The notes below the pieces were generated by a model. It was given only the letters and a program-made list of their open reading frames with translations. It made no database searches and had not been told where the DNA came from. Position numbers and translations under genes: made by a program. A DNA stretch of 53,111 nucleotides from an uncultured Candidatus Saccharibacteria bacterium (GTDB lineage: Bacteria; Patescibacteriota; Minisyncoccia; Minisyncoccales; GWA2-38-27): the NCBI GenBank assembly GCA_964479375.1, contig CAYZKD010000004.1:1-53111 (forward strand), given 5' to 3'. Within the stretch, counting starts at the first letter, position 1; every line of letters begins with the position of its first letter. Below are positions 44,025 to 53,111 of this stretch, in pieces.

Positions 44025-45933
44025 AAAGGGAAAATCTAAAAGCGAAAAAAACATTGAGCCCAACGAGATCTTCCTGGACCAATTGAGTGAAAAAAGGGAG
44101 GGGGTGGGGGCTGACAGAAAAATAGAGCGGCCTGTCTCCCAAGGTACGTTTCGCCTCCTTCTTTTTTTCTGCTTTTCCCTTTTTTTTGCCCTATTTATCA
44201 GAACGTTTCAAATCCAGGTCTTTCAGTTTGACGAAATGTCTGCTTTGGCAGAGAAAAACAAGTTTGTTAACCATTCTCTTGCAGCAGCGCGAGGCGTAAT
44301 TTACGATCAAAAAGGACGCCAGCTTGCTTTCAATAAGCCTAGCTTTGATTTGATTGTTGAAAAAGACGTTCCACAAGAGACAATCAAGAAAATTTCCAAA
44401 ATATTGGGGAAGGATGCAGAGGAATTAAATCGGGTTGTAAAAGAAAGCAGGGGAGGGAAAGCGGTTATCATTAAGGGCTTAGAGCATCAGCCCCTAGTTT
44501 TATTAAAAACAAAGACTCAAGAACTCCCCGGCACTGAAATAAAGGACAACTCTACCAGGGAATATCTAGATGCTGAAGCCTTCTCACATGTTTTAGGATA
44601 CACGGGACGAGTGGGGCCCGAGGACATAAAGAAAAACCCCGGAGTTTATTCTGGCTTGGACTATGTGGGTCGAGCGGGCATAGAGAAATTTTACGAGAAT
44701 TATTTAAGGAAGAACTCGGGTAATGTTAAGATTGAAAAAAATGCCTCAGGAGAGATAATTTCCAAAAAAGTTGAGGAAATGCCAGAACCAGGAAAGAGTC
44801 TAGTATTGTGGCTTGACCACGATCTTCAAATGAGGGCCAAAGAATCTCTGGAAAAGAAACTGGAAGAGGTAGGATCTGAAAAAGCAGTAGCCCTTGCCCT
44901 AAATCCCAGCAACGGTGCTGTTTTGGCTATGGTCAGCGTACCGGGCTATGATAACAACCTTTTCAGCAGGGACAGCGACGAAGAAGCCCTTCATAAGATT
45001 TTGTCTGACGATAATAATTCGCTGTTTAACCGAGCCACATCCGGAAGATATCCTACCGGTTCGGTTATAAAACCATTGGTGGCTACGGCTGCTTTGGAAG
45101 AAAATTTGGTTTCTCCTGAAAAAAAGATAAACTGCCAGGGATCAATCGTCATAGAGCATCGGTATGATCCAGAAATAGTTTATGAGTACGAGGATTGGGC
45201 TGTTCATGGACCAACAGATATTAGAAAAGCAATAGCAGAGTCCTGTAATGTTTATTTTTACACTATCGGAGGAGGATACGGAAACCAACAAGGATTAGGA
45301 CCTTCGAAGATTAGACATTATTTGGAGTTGTTCGGCTGGGGGCATAAAACTGGCATTGACCTGCCCTCAGAGTACTCGGGGCTTATCCCTTCTCCAGAAT
45401 GGAAAAAAGAGCACAAGAAAGAAAACTGGTGGGACGGAGATACCTATAATCTTTCCATAGGCCAGGGAGATATCCTTATCCCGCCTCTTCAGGTGGCCGC
45501 TTCTTTTGCAGCCATTGCTAATGGTGGCACTCTTTACAGCCCCCGGCTAGCAAAGGAGATAGTAGATAACAAGGGAAATGTATTAGAGGAAGTTAGCCCT
45601 TTTGTTATAAGAAAGGATTTAGTAAATTCTGAAAACCTGAAGATAGTCAAAGAAGGGATGAGGCGGGCAGTAACCGGAGAAAACGCTCCACAGGCATCCT
45701 CAGTCTTGCTTAACTCTCTCCCTGTTGAAGCTGCCGCCAAGACAGGAACCGCCCAAACTTGGCACGAGGATAAATATCACAACTGGGTCACGGTATTTGC
45801 CCCCTACAATGATCCAGAAATAGTATTAACCGTAATGGTCGAGGAAGTAAAAGGAGTTCGTTCCGTTACTCTTCCTGTAGCAAAAGAAATATTAAACTGG
45901 TACTTTAATAATGACAAAAAAATACATAACTAA
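43993..45933 (+). CDS. mrdA: Penicillin-binding protein 2 (elongasome transpeptidase)
   Basis: TM anchor, SxxK (GSVIKP), and KTGTAQ. Confidence 0.88.
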   Translation: MLESLFRRKLKKGKSKSEKNIEPNEIFLDQLSEKREGVGADRKIERPVSQGTFRLLLFFCFSLFFALFIRTFQIQVFQFDEMSALAEKNKFVNHSLAAARGVIYDQKGRQLAFNKPSFDLIVEKDVPQETIKKISKILGKDAEELNRVVKESRGGKAVIIKGLEHQPLVLLKTKTQELPGTEIKDNSTREYLDAEAFSHVLGYTGRVGPEDIKKNPGVYSGLDYVGRAGIEKFYENYLRKNSGNVKIEKNASGEIISKKVEEMPEPGKSLVLWLDHDLQMRAKESLEKKLEEVGSEKAVALALNPSNGAVLAMVSVPGYDNNLFSRDSDEEALHKILSDDNNSLFNRATSGRYPTGSVIKPLVATAALEENLVSPEKKINCQGSIVIEHRYDPEIVYEYEDWAVHGPTDIRKAIAESCNVYFYTIGGGYGNQQGLGPSKIRHYLELFGWGHKTGIDLPSEYSGLIPSPEWKKEHKKENWWDGDTYNLSIGQGDILIPPLQVAASFAAIANGGTLYSPRLAKEIVDNKGNVLEEVSPFVIRKDLVNSENLKIVKEGMRRAVTGENAPQASSVLLNSLPVEAAAKTGTAQTWHEDKYHNWVTVFAPYNDPEIVLTVMVEEVKGVRSVTLPVAKEILNWYFNNDKKIHN

Positions 45934-46366
45934 AGAAGGATTAGAGAAGATCAAAGAGGAATTAAAATATCTGGAGAGACAAAAAAGAAAAGAGGTTGCA
46001 GAAAAATTAAGGCATGCAGTTTCCTTTGGCGACCTTTCGGAAAACGCTGCCTACGAAGAGGCGAAAGAGGAGCAAGAGTTTGTTGAGCGAAAAATATCAG
46101 AAATAAAAAAGACGATAAAAGAATCTGTTGTAGCGGAAAAGCAGGATACTAATGAAGTTCAATTCGGCAGCAAAGTTACTATTTCCTCTGAGGAAGGGGA
46201 AGAATTTTACTCTATTGTCAGCGCCAATGAAACAGATCTCTTAGAAGGAAAGATTTCTGGTGATTCTCCTATGGCAAAAGCCATGATGGGGCTAAGGAAG
46301 GGCGAAGTTTTTAAAATAGACACCCTTGGAGGAAAAAAAGAATATAAAGTAACAAATATTGAATAG
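45911..46366 (+). CDS. greA: Transcription elongation factor GreA
   Basis: ITKEGLEKIKEELKYL...GDLSENAAYEEAKEEQ. Confidence 0.88.
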   Translation: MTKKYITKEGLEKIKEELKYLERQKRKEVAEKLRHAVSFGDLSENAAYEEAKEEQEFVERKISEIKKTIKESVVAEKQDTNEVQFGSKVTISSEEGEEFYSIVSANETDLLEGKISGDSPMAKAMMGLRKGEVFKIDTLGGKKEYKVTNIE

Positions 46367-46392
46367 AAAAGGTTTCATATTATCTTTAAGGC

Positions 46393-47949
46393 ATGGAAAA
46401 GAAAAATAAAAAAATTAGAACAAGATTTGCTCCCTCGCCAACTGGTTTCCTTCATGTAGGGGGCGTAAGAACCGCGCTTTTTAATTTTCTTTTTGCCCGA
46501 AAAAACCAAGGCCAGTTTGTCCTTAGAATAGAAGATACGGATCAAGAAAGATCAGAATACAAGTATGAAAAAGATATTATTGAGGGATTAAAATGGCTTG
46601 GCCTCAATTGGGAGGAAGGGCCAGATTCTGGTGGCAGATATTCGCCTTACCGTCAAAGCGAAAGGAAAAACATTTACAAAAAATATCTTGAAAAGCTCCT
46701 GGAGCAGGGGAGGGCCTATTATTGTTTCTGCACAGAAGAAGAACTGGAAGAGAAAAGGCAGTATCAAATGAGCCAGGGAATACCTCCTCATTATAATGGA
46801 AAATGCTCCAATCTTTCTGAATCTGAAGTAGAAGAAAATCTCAAAGAGGGGAGGAGTCATGTAATAAGGTTTAAAGTTCCAGAAAAGAAGATAACGGTTA
46901 AGGATTTAATAAGAGGGAGGGTTGATTTTAATACAAAAACAGCAGGAGACTTTATTATCGCCAAGGACATAGACAACCCCTTGTATAACTTTGCTGTAAT
47001 CATTGATGACTATGAAATGGATATTACTCATGTAATAAGAGGAGAAGAACATCTGCCTAACACGCCAAAACAGATTTTAATCCAGGAAGCACTTGGTTTT
47101 TCTCACCCCGAATACGCCCACCTTCCTCTGATTTTAGGCCCTGACAAGAGAAAATTAAGTAAGCGCCATGGGGCTTGCTCTTTGATTAAATACCGAGAGG
47201 ACGGTTATCTTCCAGAGTCTTTAGTAAACTTTTTGGCCTTCTTGGGATGGAATCCTGGCGACGAAAGAGAAGCCTTTTCTTTAGATGAATTAATAAAAGA
47301 GTTTTCTATAGAAAGAGTTCATAAGCCAGCAGCCATATTTAATATAGATAAGTTGGATTATCTCAACGGCTTCTATGTCCGCCAAAAACCCATTGAAGAA
47401 CTCACCCAGCTCTGTATCCCTTATCTGAAAAAGGCGGGGCTGATAGCCTCTGCGAAAGAAGGAGAAGAAAAGGACATGGAAGAGTTTTTTTCAAAGCATT
47501 ATCTGATCAAAGACACTAATAAAAAAATAAAGGTGGAGTACGTCCAGAAGGCAGTTTCTCTTTACCGGGAAAGGTTAAAGAAGCTCTCTGAGATCTCAGA
47601 TTTAGTTGATTTCTTTTTCTTAAAAGAACCGGAGTATGATAAGGATTTGCTTAAATGGAAAGGGATGACAGAAAAGCAACTCATTTTCTCTCTTGACAAA
47701 ACAAAGAAAGCATTGTTAGATATAGAGAAATGGGATCAGGAATATATCAAAGAAAAACTGATTCCATTAGCAGACGAAGTGGCCTCAGAAATAGACCATC
47801 CTAATAATAAGGGATATCTTCTTTGGCCCCTAAGGGTTGCCCTTACGGGCAAAAGGTCTTCTGCCGGCCCCTTTGAGGTGGCAGAGGTTCTGGGGAAAGA
47901 GGTATCTATAAATAGGGTGGGGGAGGCAATTAAAAAGATTCGACTATGA
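46393..47949 (+). CDS. gltX: Glutamate--tRNA ligase
   Basis: RTRFAPSPTGFLHVGG (HIGH) and KLSKRHG (KMSKS). Confidence 0.9.
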   Translation: MEKKNKKIRTRFAPSPTGFLHVGGVRTALFNFLFARKNQGQFVLRIEDTDQERSEYKYEKDIIEGLKWLGLNWEEGPDSGGRYSPYRQSERKNIYKKYLEKLLEQGRAYYCFCTEEELEEKRQYQMSQGIPPHYNGKCSNLSESEVEENLKEGRSHVIRFKVPEKKITVKDLIRGRVDFNTKTAGDFIIAKDIDNPLYNFAVIIDDYEMDITHVIRGEEHLPNTPKQILIQEALGFSHPEYAHLPLILGPDKRKLSKRHGACSLIKYREDGYLPESLVNFLAFLGWNPGDEREAFSLDELIKEFSIERVHKPAAIFNIDKLDYLNGFYVRQKPIEELTQLCIPYLKKAGLIASAKEGEEKDMEEFFSKHYLIKDTNKKIKVEYVQKAVSLYRERLKKLSEISDLVDFFFLKEPEYDKDLLKWKGMTEKQLIFSLDKTKKALLDIEKWDQEYIKEKLIPLADEVASEIDHPNNKGYLLWPLRVALTGKRSSAGPFEVAEVLGKEVSINRVGEAIKKIRL

Positions 47950-48353
47950 AAAAAACCATAATTTTATCAATGCTCTTGGGGTTATTTCTATTAACTCCTC
48001 TTTATGTTTCTTCAGACAAAGAAAGCGGGATGAGCATACCCGGGAGCATCGAAGAGATAAAGCTGTTAGGGAAGTCAGCAATAAAGGCTTTTCCGAACGC
48101 CCTAAAGGAAGCCGGACAGGAGACTCTGACAATTATGAAAAATATCTGGGGATACATAGAGGGTTTTGTTATAAAATATATAGAGCCTGTCATTTTCCGA
48201 ACCATTAACTGGCTGAAAGATCTTTTTGGAAAAGAAGTGGAGCAAAGAAAACCTGAAATTAAGAAAGAATTGCAAAGAGAAGCAAAGGAAGTCAAAGAGA
48301 AACTGCCTACTGGCAGGGGTCTCTGGGAACGATTTAAATCCCTTTTCCGCTAA
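47946..48353 (+). CDS. Secreted/membrane-anchored hypothetical protein
   Basis: Signal-like N-terminus, charged C-terminus. ATGA overlap with gltX. Confidence 0.5.
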   Translation: MKKTIILSMLLGLFLLTPLYVSSDKESGMSIPGSIEEIKLLGKSAIKAFPNALKEAGQETLTIMKNIWGYIEGFVIKYIEPVIFRTINWLKDLFGKEVEQRKPEIKKELQREAKEVKEKLPTGRGLWERFKSLFR

Positions 48354-48368
48354 TATTTTATTTTCCAC

Positions 48369-48397
48369 TTGACACCCCCGGGGAGGGGTATTATTAT
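48369..48397 (+). promoter_or_regulatory. Promoter-like TTGACA-17-TATTAT with a CCCCCGGGGAGGGG spacer
   Basis: Read directly. It lies about 300 nt upstream of the next ATG. Confidence 0.4.
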
Positions 48398-48703
48398 AGA
48401 ATAAAGTAACTGAGTATAATAACCCTTACACTCGATAACTATTGGGGAGAAATCCCAAGAGGTAGCAATAAAGCATATTCCCGCTTTTTAAGATATTGCA
48501 AAAAAAACTTTCTAATAGTATCTTAAAAAAATATCAGAGATATCTGGCAAAACAAATGGCCCGAGGCACTAGGAAGAAAAATATAAAGCTCCGCGACTAA
48601 CTGTGCTTGATATCATGATGAATCTGAGCTATTTTTCGGACACGCACAATAATCCTTCCCGGTATAGATAATAGATAAATAATAAGGTTTAGCCACAGGA
48701 TTT

Positions 48704-49645
48704 ATGAAGAACAATGGTTTACCAAACTTAGACGACTTTCTTCTTCATCTTCAATCTGACAACTATTCAGAAGAAACTCTTTATAATTATGAACGGGATT
48801 TGGAGGTATTCCAAAGTTTTCTAGAAGAATCCGGGATTAAGTTTTCTAATGTGAGCAAAAAGACAATTCTTAATTATAAGGCATATCTAATATCTAGAGA
48901 TCGCAGAACGGTTAAATCGAAAAAAAGAGGGAGGAAACTGGGTGGCTTTTCTGTAAATCGCATGCTCTCAGCCCTGCGCTCTTATCTTATGTTCTTGGGA
49001 GATATGGACTACGTAGCGCCTATTTCTCCCACAAGTGTAGAATTAGTAAAAACCATTAAGAAGCATCCCCGCGTCTCTGAATTCGAAGAGATAGTAAAGT
49101 TAATCGAGTCACCCACCAAGATTGAAAAAAACAAAAAAGTCGCTATCAGGAACCGAGCAATGCTGGAAGTATTGTTTTCTACGGGGATGAGGATTTCAGA
49201 GCTGGTAGGCCTTAGGAAAGATGCCATTGACAAACAAGGAAGAATATTTATCCGGGGGAAAGGAAAAAAAGAAAGATTTGTCTATCTTACCCCTCGCGCT
49301 CAGAAACATATAAAAAAATATCTAGGGGTAAGAGAGAGCTCTAGTTCTTATTTATTTGTCCCTCTCAAAGGAAGAAATGCAAGAAAAAGAGACAAGAAGG
49401 TTTCGACTAATTGTCTGCAAGAGAGAGTTAAAAAATATCGAGAACTGTCAGGCATCAACCTTCCTCTCTCTTGCCATTCTATTAGACACGCTTTTGCGAC
49501 CTATTTGGCTGAAAAGGGTGCAAATCCCGCTGCTATCCAAATACTTTTAGGCCATGAATCTTTAGACACTACTACCAGATATGTAAACCCCTCTGATAGA
49601 TACGCAGAAAAGACGCACCATAAATATCATCCGCTGAAAGATTAG
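48704..49645 (+). CDS. Tyrosine recombinase, XerC/XerD-like
   Basis: STGMRISEL, HSIRHAFATYL and LLGHESLDTTTRYV. Confidence 0.85.
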   Translation: MKNNGLPNLDDFLLHLQSDNYSEETLYNYERDLEVFQSFLEESGIKFSNVSKKTILNYKAYLISRDRRTVKSKKRGRKLGGFSVNRMLSALRSYLMFLGDMDYVAPISPTSVELVKTIKKHPRVSEFEEIVKLIESPTKIEKNKKVAIRNRAMLEVLFSTGMRISELVGLRKDAIDKQGRIFIRGKGKKERFVYLTPRAQKHIKKYLGVRESSSSYLFVPLKGRNARKRDKKVSTNCLQERVKKYRELSGINLPLSCHSIRHAFATYLAEKGANPAAIQILLGHESLDTTTRYVNPSDRYAEKTHHKYHPLKD

Positions 49646-49969
49646 TTATTAAATAAAAGGTGTTGCTTTTCGCTTAAACAAGATCGCAGCGAATCTCTAT
49701 TATCACTTCGTAGAAATTCCCCCTCCCCTACTCGCTTTCGCTAGGAGACCTATTAAATTGGAATTCTTATGGCATGCGAGGGTCTGCTATTACTGGGAAG
49801 CCCTCTCTTGAGACATTTAAGGCGAACACGACAAGCCACTCTTTAACAGTATAAGACAGCCCCTCCCCTTTTCTTAAAAAGTATGGACTTTTTACTTTGC
49901 CCACCATTGTTTGTTTTTTTACCTTTCAGGTTCTTGCCCAGATTTTTTTCTGCAAAACAGTGTTTGATT

Positions 49970-50932
49970 TCATCGTTTAATCAGAAAGTCAGATTCTAGC
50001 GTCCATTTTTTAGGCAACATCCAGGGAATATGGAATCCTAAAAAACGAAAAGCGAAATCTGCTATTTTCCCTATTTTTATTCTCCAGGAAAAAAGACTTT
50101 CAACCTTTGCTTTATATCTAAAAAAGTTGGGGAAGCTTTCTGTTAAGAAATGAGCCGCCGTCAGAGACCAGACTACTCCTCCTCCGGTCCAAGGCTTGGT
50201 CAGCCCGGCAGCCTCTCCGCACAGCGTTATATTCCTTTCTGAAGGAAGGGCCAGCCCCTGAGAGATTACTCTGGCAGAAAGATTGGTTAATTCTATATCC
50301 CTTTCTTTTAAGAAATTATTAAGAATGATCTTTGCTTCTTTGGGGTCGGCTATTATTCCGTATTCTATCATTTTTCCGCTTCCTCTGGGAATTTTCCATA
50401 TAAATCCTTTGTGGCAGGGCCATACCTCGGCAAAATTTTTGGAAGATGGCTTTTTAGCAAAGCCCAGGATTCCCAACCTGTAACTAGACGAAGGAAGACC
50501 CAATGTTTCCCTGGTAAATGAATGAGCGCCCTCGCATCCTATCACTTTGTCAAAGTCGCCAGAAGTTTTGGGACAATTGATAAAGTAAGGAGAGCTTATC
50601 TTGTTATTAAATCTAATCTCGGCCCCTTGTTTTTTTGCCTTTTCATACATTAAAAGATCCAATTTGGAATGGTCCATCACCAAAAATTCGTCCTTAAAAT
50701 TGATTCTGATGGTCTTTTTTGGAAAGTGAACCAGCGTATAGTTAATCTTGTTTTTTATTAGAGACTTGCTTTCTGGAATAAAGCTCAATATTCTTTTTGA
50801 AAAAAGGCCAGAACACACCTTTTCTCCTAGGCTTTCTTCTTTTTCGTAAACAATTACACTGTGGTTTTTTTTGGTTAAGTCGTAGGCTAAGTATAGTCCG
50901 GTGATGCCTGCTCCGATTATTGCTATTCTCAT
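49970..50932 (-). CDS. FAD-dependent oxidoreductase, geranylgeranyl-reductase-like
   Basis: MRIAIIGAGITGLYLAYDL...EKE dinucleotide-binding N-terminus. Confidence 0.75.
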   Translation of the reverse strand: MRIAIIGAGITGLYLAYDLTKKNHSVIVYEKEESLGEKVCSGLFSKRILSFIPESKSLIKNKINYTLVHFPKKTIRINFKDEFLVMDHSKLDLLMYEKAKKQGAEIRFNNKISSPYFINCPKTSGDFDKVIGCEGAHSFTRETLGLPSSSYRLGILGFAKKPSSKNFAEVWPCHKGFIWKIPRGSGKMIEYGIIADPKEAKIILNNFLKERDIELTNLSARVISQGLALPSERNITLCGEAAGLTKPWTGGGVVWSLTAAHFLTESFPNFFRYKAKVESLFSWRIKIGKIADFAFRFLGFHIPWMLPKKWTLESDFLIKR

Positions 50933-50934
50933 TG

Positions 50935-51090
50935 TTATTTTTGCTGATTAATTGTTACTTGTTCTTGTTGATGAGACTCTGAGGCGATATATCCGGCCGC
51001 AAAAGAAAAAAAAGAGATTAGAATCACTCCTATAAAAAGAACTATTTCTTCTTGGTGTTGTTTGACAAATGAAAGAAATTTTGATAACAT
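50935..51090 (-). CDS. Small membrane protein (51 aa), hypothetical
   Basis: An internal ATG in the 115-aa track ORF is used, because the upstream part overlaps rpmA on the other strand. One TM helix. Confidence 0.35.
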   Translation of the reverse strand: MLSKFLSFVKQHQEEIVLFIGVILISFFSFAAGYIASESHQQEQVTINQQK

Positions 51091-51133
51091 TTGTTTATTA
51101 TAACAGAAATTAATCAGTTTTTTAATAATATTT

Positions 51134-51406
51134 ATGTCTAAAACAAAAGCCACGGGTGCTACCAAACTGGGCAGAGATTCCCGTCCGAAGTATTTAGGTG
51201 TCAAGGTGTTCGCAGGCCAGAAAGTGAAGTCCGGTGGCATAATCGTTAAGCAGAAAGGTACTAAATTCATTCCCGGAAACAATGTTAGACGCGGTTCTGA
51301 CGATACGCTTTATTCTGTCAAGGACGGGACAGTTTCTTTTACTGCAAAGAAAAAGAGGGGCTTTGACGGATCCGCTAAGAAAAAGAAGGTTGTTAGTGTT
51401 GTTTAG
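51134..51406 (+). CDS. rpmA: 50S ribosomal protein L27
   Basis: GRDSRPKYLGVKVFAGQKVKSGGIIVKQKGTKFIPGNNV. Confidence 0.9.
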   Translation: MSKTKATGATKLGRDSRPKYLGVKVFAGQKVKSGGIIVKQKGTKFIPGNNVRRGSDDTLYSVKDGTVSFTAKKKRGFDGSAKKKKVVSVV

Positions 51407-53018
51407 AGATTGAAGCCCCCACAAAGGCGTGGAATAAGGGATGAGGATCCAGAGGGCGAGACTTAAATTCCGGATGGAACTGAGTAGCAAGGAAAAAGGG
51501 GTGGTCTCTTAGCTCAATAATCTCAACAAGGTTTCTCTGGGGGTTGATGCCTGCTATGGTCAATCCCTTTTTGTTTAGTTCTTCTCGGTAATCGTTGTTC
51601 ACTTCATAGCGATGTCTATGTCTTTCTGATATTTCCGTTTTTCGATAAGCGCGCTTGCTGATAGTGCCCGGAACCAACTGGCAGTCATAAGCGCCCAGCC
51701 TCATTGTTCCTCCGTAATTATTCTCTTTTATTAATGATTTTTGGTCTGGCATCACATCTATTATTGGGTTTTTGCATTTTTTTCTTACTTCAGTAGAACA
51801 AGCATCTCTAATTTTGCATACATTACGAGCAAACTCTACTACAGCAAGCTGGAGTCCGAGGCAAAGGCCAAAGAAAGGAATCTTCTTTTCCCTACAGTAT
51901 TTAATGGTTTTTATTTTTCCTTCCACTCCCCTATTCCCGAAACCGCCGGGAATAATTATGCCGTCGTATTTATTTAATTCTCTAACAGCAGAAGGGGTCT
52001 TCTCGTATTTTTCTGCAGAAAGCCAGGTGATTTCAGGTTTTCTTTTGCGGTGATAACAGGAGTGCTTTATCGCTTCGATAACAGAAATATAAGAGTCCAT
52101 CAGAGTGAACTTGCCTGTTTCAAAGTATTTCCCCACAATACCTATTTTTACGGGTTTTTCTGAATTATTTATCTTTTTGACAAAACTTTTCCATTTCTTA
52201 AGACCATTTTTTTTGGGTCCTAGGTCAAACTTCTTTAAAATTCTGTTTCCAAGATTCTCTTTTTCAAAATTAATAGGCACCTCGTATATTGATTTAATGT
52301 CGGGGGCTGAGATTATATCCTCCTCTGCAATATTGCAGAAAGTAGATATTTTTTTCTTCCTAGGACGGTCTAAGGCCACTCTCGCTCTTGCCAAAATGAG
52401 GTCTGGCTGAATTCCTGCCTCATTAAGGGTTCTCACCGCGTGCTGAGTTGGTTTTGTTTTCATCTCACCGATCATTCTGGGCACAGGCAGAAAAGTTACA
52501 AACACAAAAACTACGCTTTTTGGGTTTTTTAAATGCATCATCCTAGCAGCTTCCAGAAAAAGCATATTCTGATATTCTCCTACCGTTCCTCCGACCTCTA
52601 TTAGCACAAAGTCAGCATTAGCTTTTTTGCCTGCTTTTTTGATGGTAGAGATTACCTCGTTGGGAATGTCGGGAACAACCTCTACGCACCTTCCTCCATA
52701 CTCCAGGTTTCTCTCTTTGCTTATTACTCTTTGGTAAACCCTTCCTGTGGTAATATAGTTTGTGCCATAAATGTTTTCATTCAAAAATCTTTCATAATTT
52801 CCTACGTCTTGGTCGCATTCCACTCCGTCCTCTGTTACAAAAACCTCCCCGTGTTCTACGGGATTCATGGTACCGGCGTCAACATTGATATAGGGATCGA
52901 TTTTAATGGCGGTTACTTTATACCCCTTGGCTTTTAGTATTCTGCCTATAGAGGCTGTGGCTACTCCTTTCCCTATGCCGGACATTACACCGCCTGCAAC
53001 AAAAATATATCTTGTCAT
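51393..53018 (-). CDS. pyrG: CTP synthase
   Basis: YIFVAGGVMSGIGKG, and the glutaminase domain GLCLGLQ...HRHRYEVN. Confidence 0.93.
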   Translation of the reverse strand: MTRYIFVAGGVMSGIGKGVATASIGRILKAKGYKVTAIKIDPYINVDAGTMNPVEHGEVFVTEDGVECDQDVGNYERFLNENIYGTNYITTGRVYQRVISKERNLEYGGRCVEVVPDIPNEVISTIKKAGKKANADFVLIEVGGTVGEYQNMLFLEAARMMHLKNPKSVVFVFVTFLPVPRMIGEMKTKPTQHAVRTLNEAGIQPDLILARARVALDRPRKKKISTFCNIAEEDIISAPDIKSIYEVPINFEKENLGNRILKKFDLGPKKNGLKKWKSFVKKINNSEKPVKIGIVGKYFETGKFTLMDSYISVIEAIKHSCYHRKRKPEITWLSAEKYEKTPSAVRELNKYDGIIIPGGFGNRGVEGKIKTIKYCREKKIPFFGLCLGLQLAVVEFARNVCKIRDACSTEVRKKCKNPIIDVMPDQKSLIKENNYGGTMRLGAYDCQLVPGTISKRAYRKTEISERHRHRYEVNNDYREELNKKGLTIAGINPQRNLVEIIELRDHPFFLATQFHPEFKSRPLDPHPLFHAFVGASISKQH

Positions 53019-53024
53019 AATTTC

Positions 53025-53048
53025 TTAATTATGGCAATTACCCTGTGT
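53025..53048 (-). promoter_or_regulatory. Motif R2 copy, 6 nt upstream of the pyrG ATG
   Basis: The minus strand reads ACACAGGGTAATTGCCATAATTAA, identical to the eno copy. Confidence 0.6.
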
Positions 53049-53062
53049 CAGAATAAAGAGCG

Positions 53063-53111
53063 CAGGGTTGGAACTACTCATCTCTCTGAGAAGCCAGAGA
53101 ATGGGTGATTT
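53063..53111. repeat. Short repeat R3, copy 2 (inverted, cut by the window end)
   Basis: 53073-53092 is the exact reverse complement of 9517-9536. Confidence 0.7.

Noticed and set aside
50935-51282. Full 115-aa minus-strand ORF
   Set aside because: Its upstream two-thirds overlaps the clearly real rpmA gene on the other strand. Only the distal 51 codons, which include a TM helix, are plausible.
51393-51406. 14-bp convergent overlap of rpmA and pyrG as a regulatory feature
   Set aside because: Short 3' overlaps are common in compact genomes, and no additional structure was seen.

Overview
This 53.1-kb fragment looks like a small-genome Patescibacteria/CPR-type bacterium. That placement is an inference from several traits: compact co-directional housekeeping genes with 1-4 nt overlaps, archaeal-type apgM, PduL in place of Pta, rRNA genes full of insertions, and almost no Shine-Dalgarno sites.

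Gene content, in order:
- A more GC-rich left edge (1-1491) holds a WG-repeat protein fragment and an unknown 300-aa protein.
- Housekeeping genes follow: rarA, uppP, ftsZ, galU, nnrD-like.
- A central-carbon and redox cluster comes next: trxB, eno, apgM, a Trx-fold protein, grx, gap, then pduL, ackA, a response regulator, ppsA, a PfkB kinase and fba. A structured antisense-strand ncRNA (probable RNase P RNA) sits between gap and pduL.
- Translation genes: rplY, prfA, rpmE, rpsB, tsf, tRNA-Thr.
- A dismembered rRNA operon: a 16S with two insertions, a ybaK-like CDS, tRNA-Ile, tRNA-Ala, about 6.3 kb of inserted DNA, a 23S with three group I introns, and 5S.
- Then mreCD, PBP2, greA, gltX, a Xer-type recombinase, an FAD oxidoreductase, rpmA and pyrG.

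Most interesting: the DNA inserted after tRNA-Ala starts with a divergently transcribed tyrosine recombinase. Three single-ORF units follow, each closed by a ~95-nt palindrome with the box architecture of integron attC sites. Each unit also shows unit-specific complementarity between its first ~25 nt and its own 3' end. I read this as an integron-like cassette platform whose recombinase lacks the IntI-specific insertion.

Other notable points:
- The 16S 3' tail has no CCUCC anti-SD, and many promoters sit 6-9 nt from the ATG.
- There are three families of short intergenic repeats or motifs.
- GC-rich islets carry the only strong SD sites.
- A frameshifted LAGLIDADG gene and a relic of a second one lie in the rRNA introns.

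All coordinates of RNA ends, introns and motifs were derived by eye and are approximate to a few nt.
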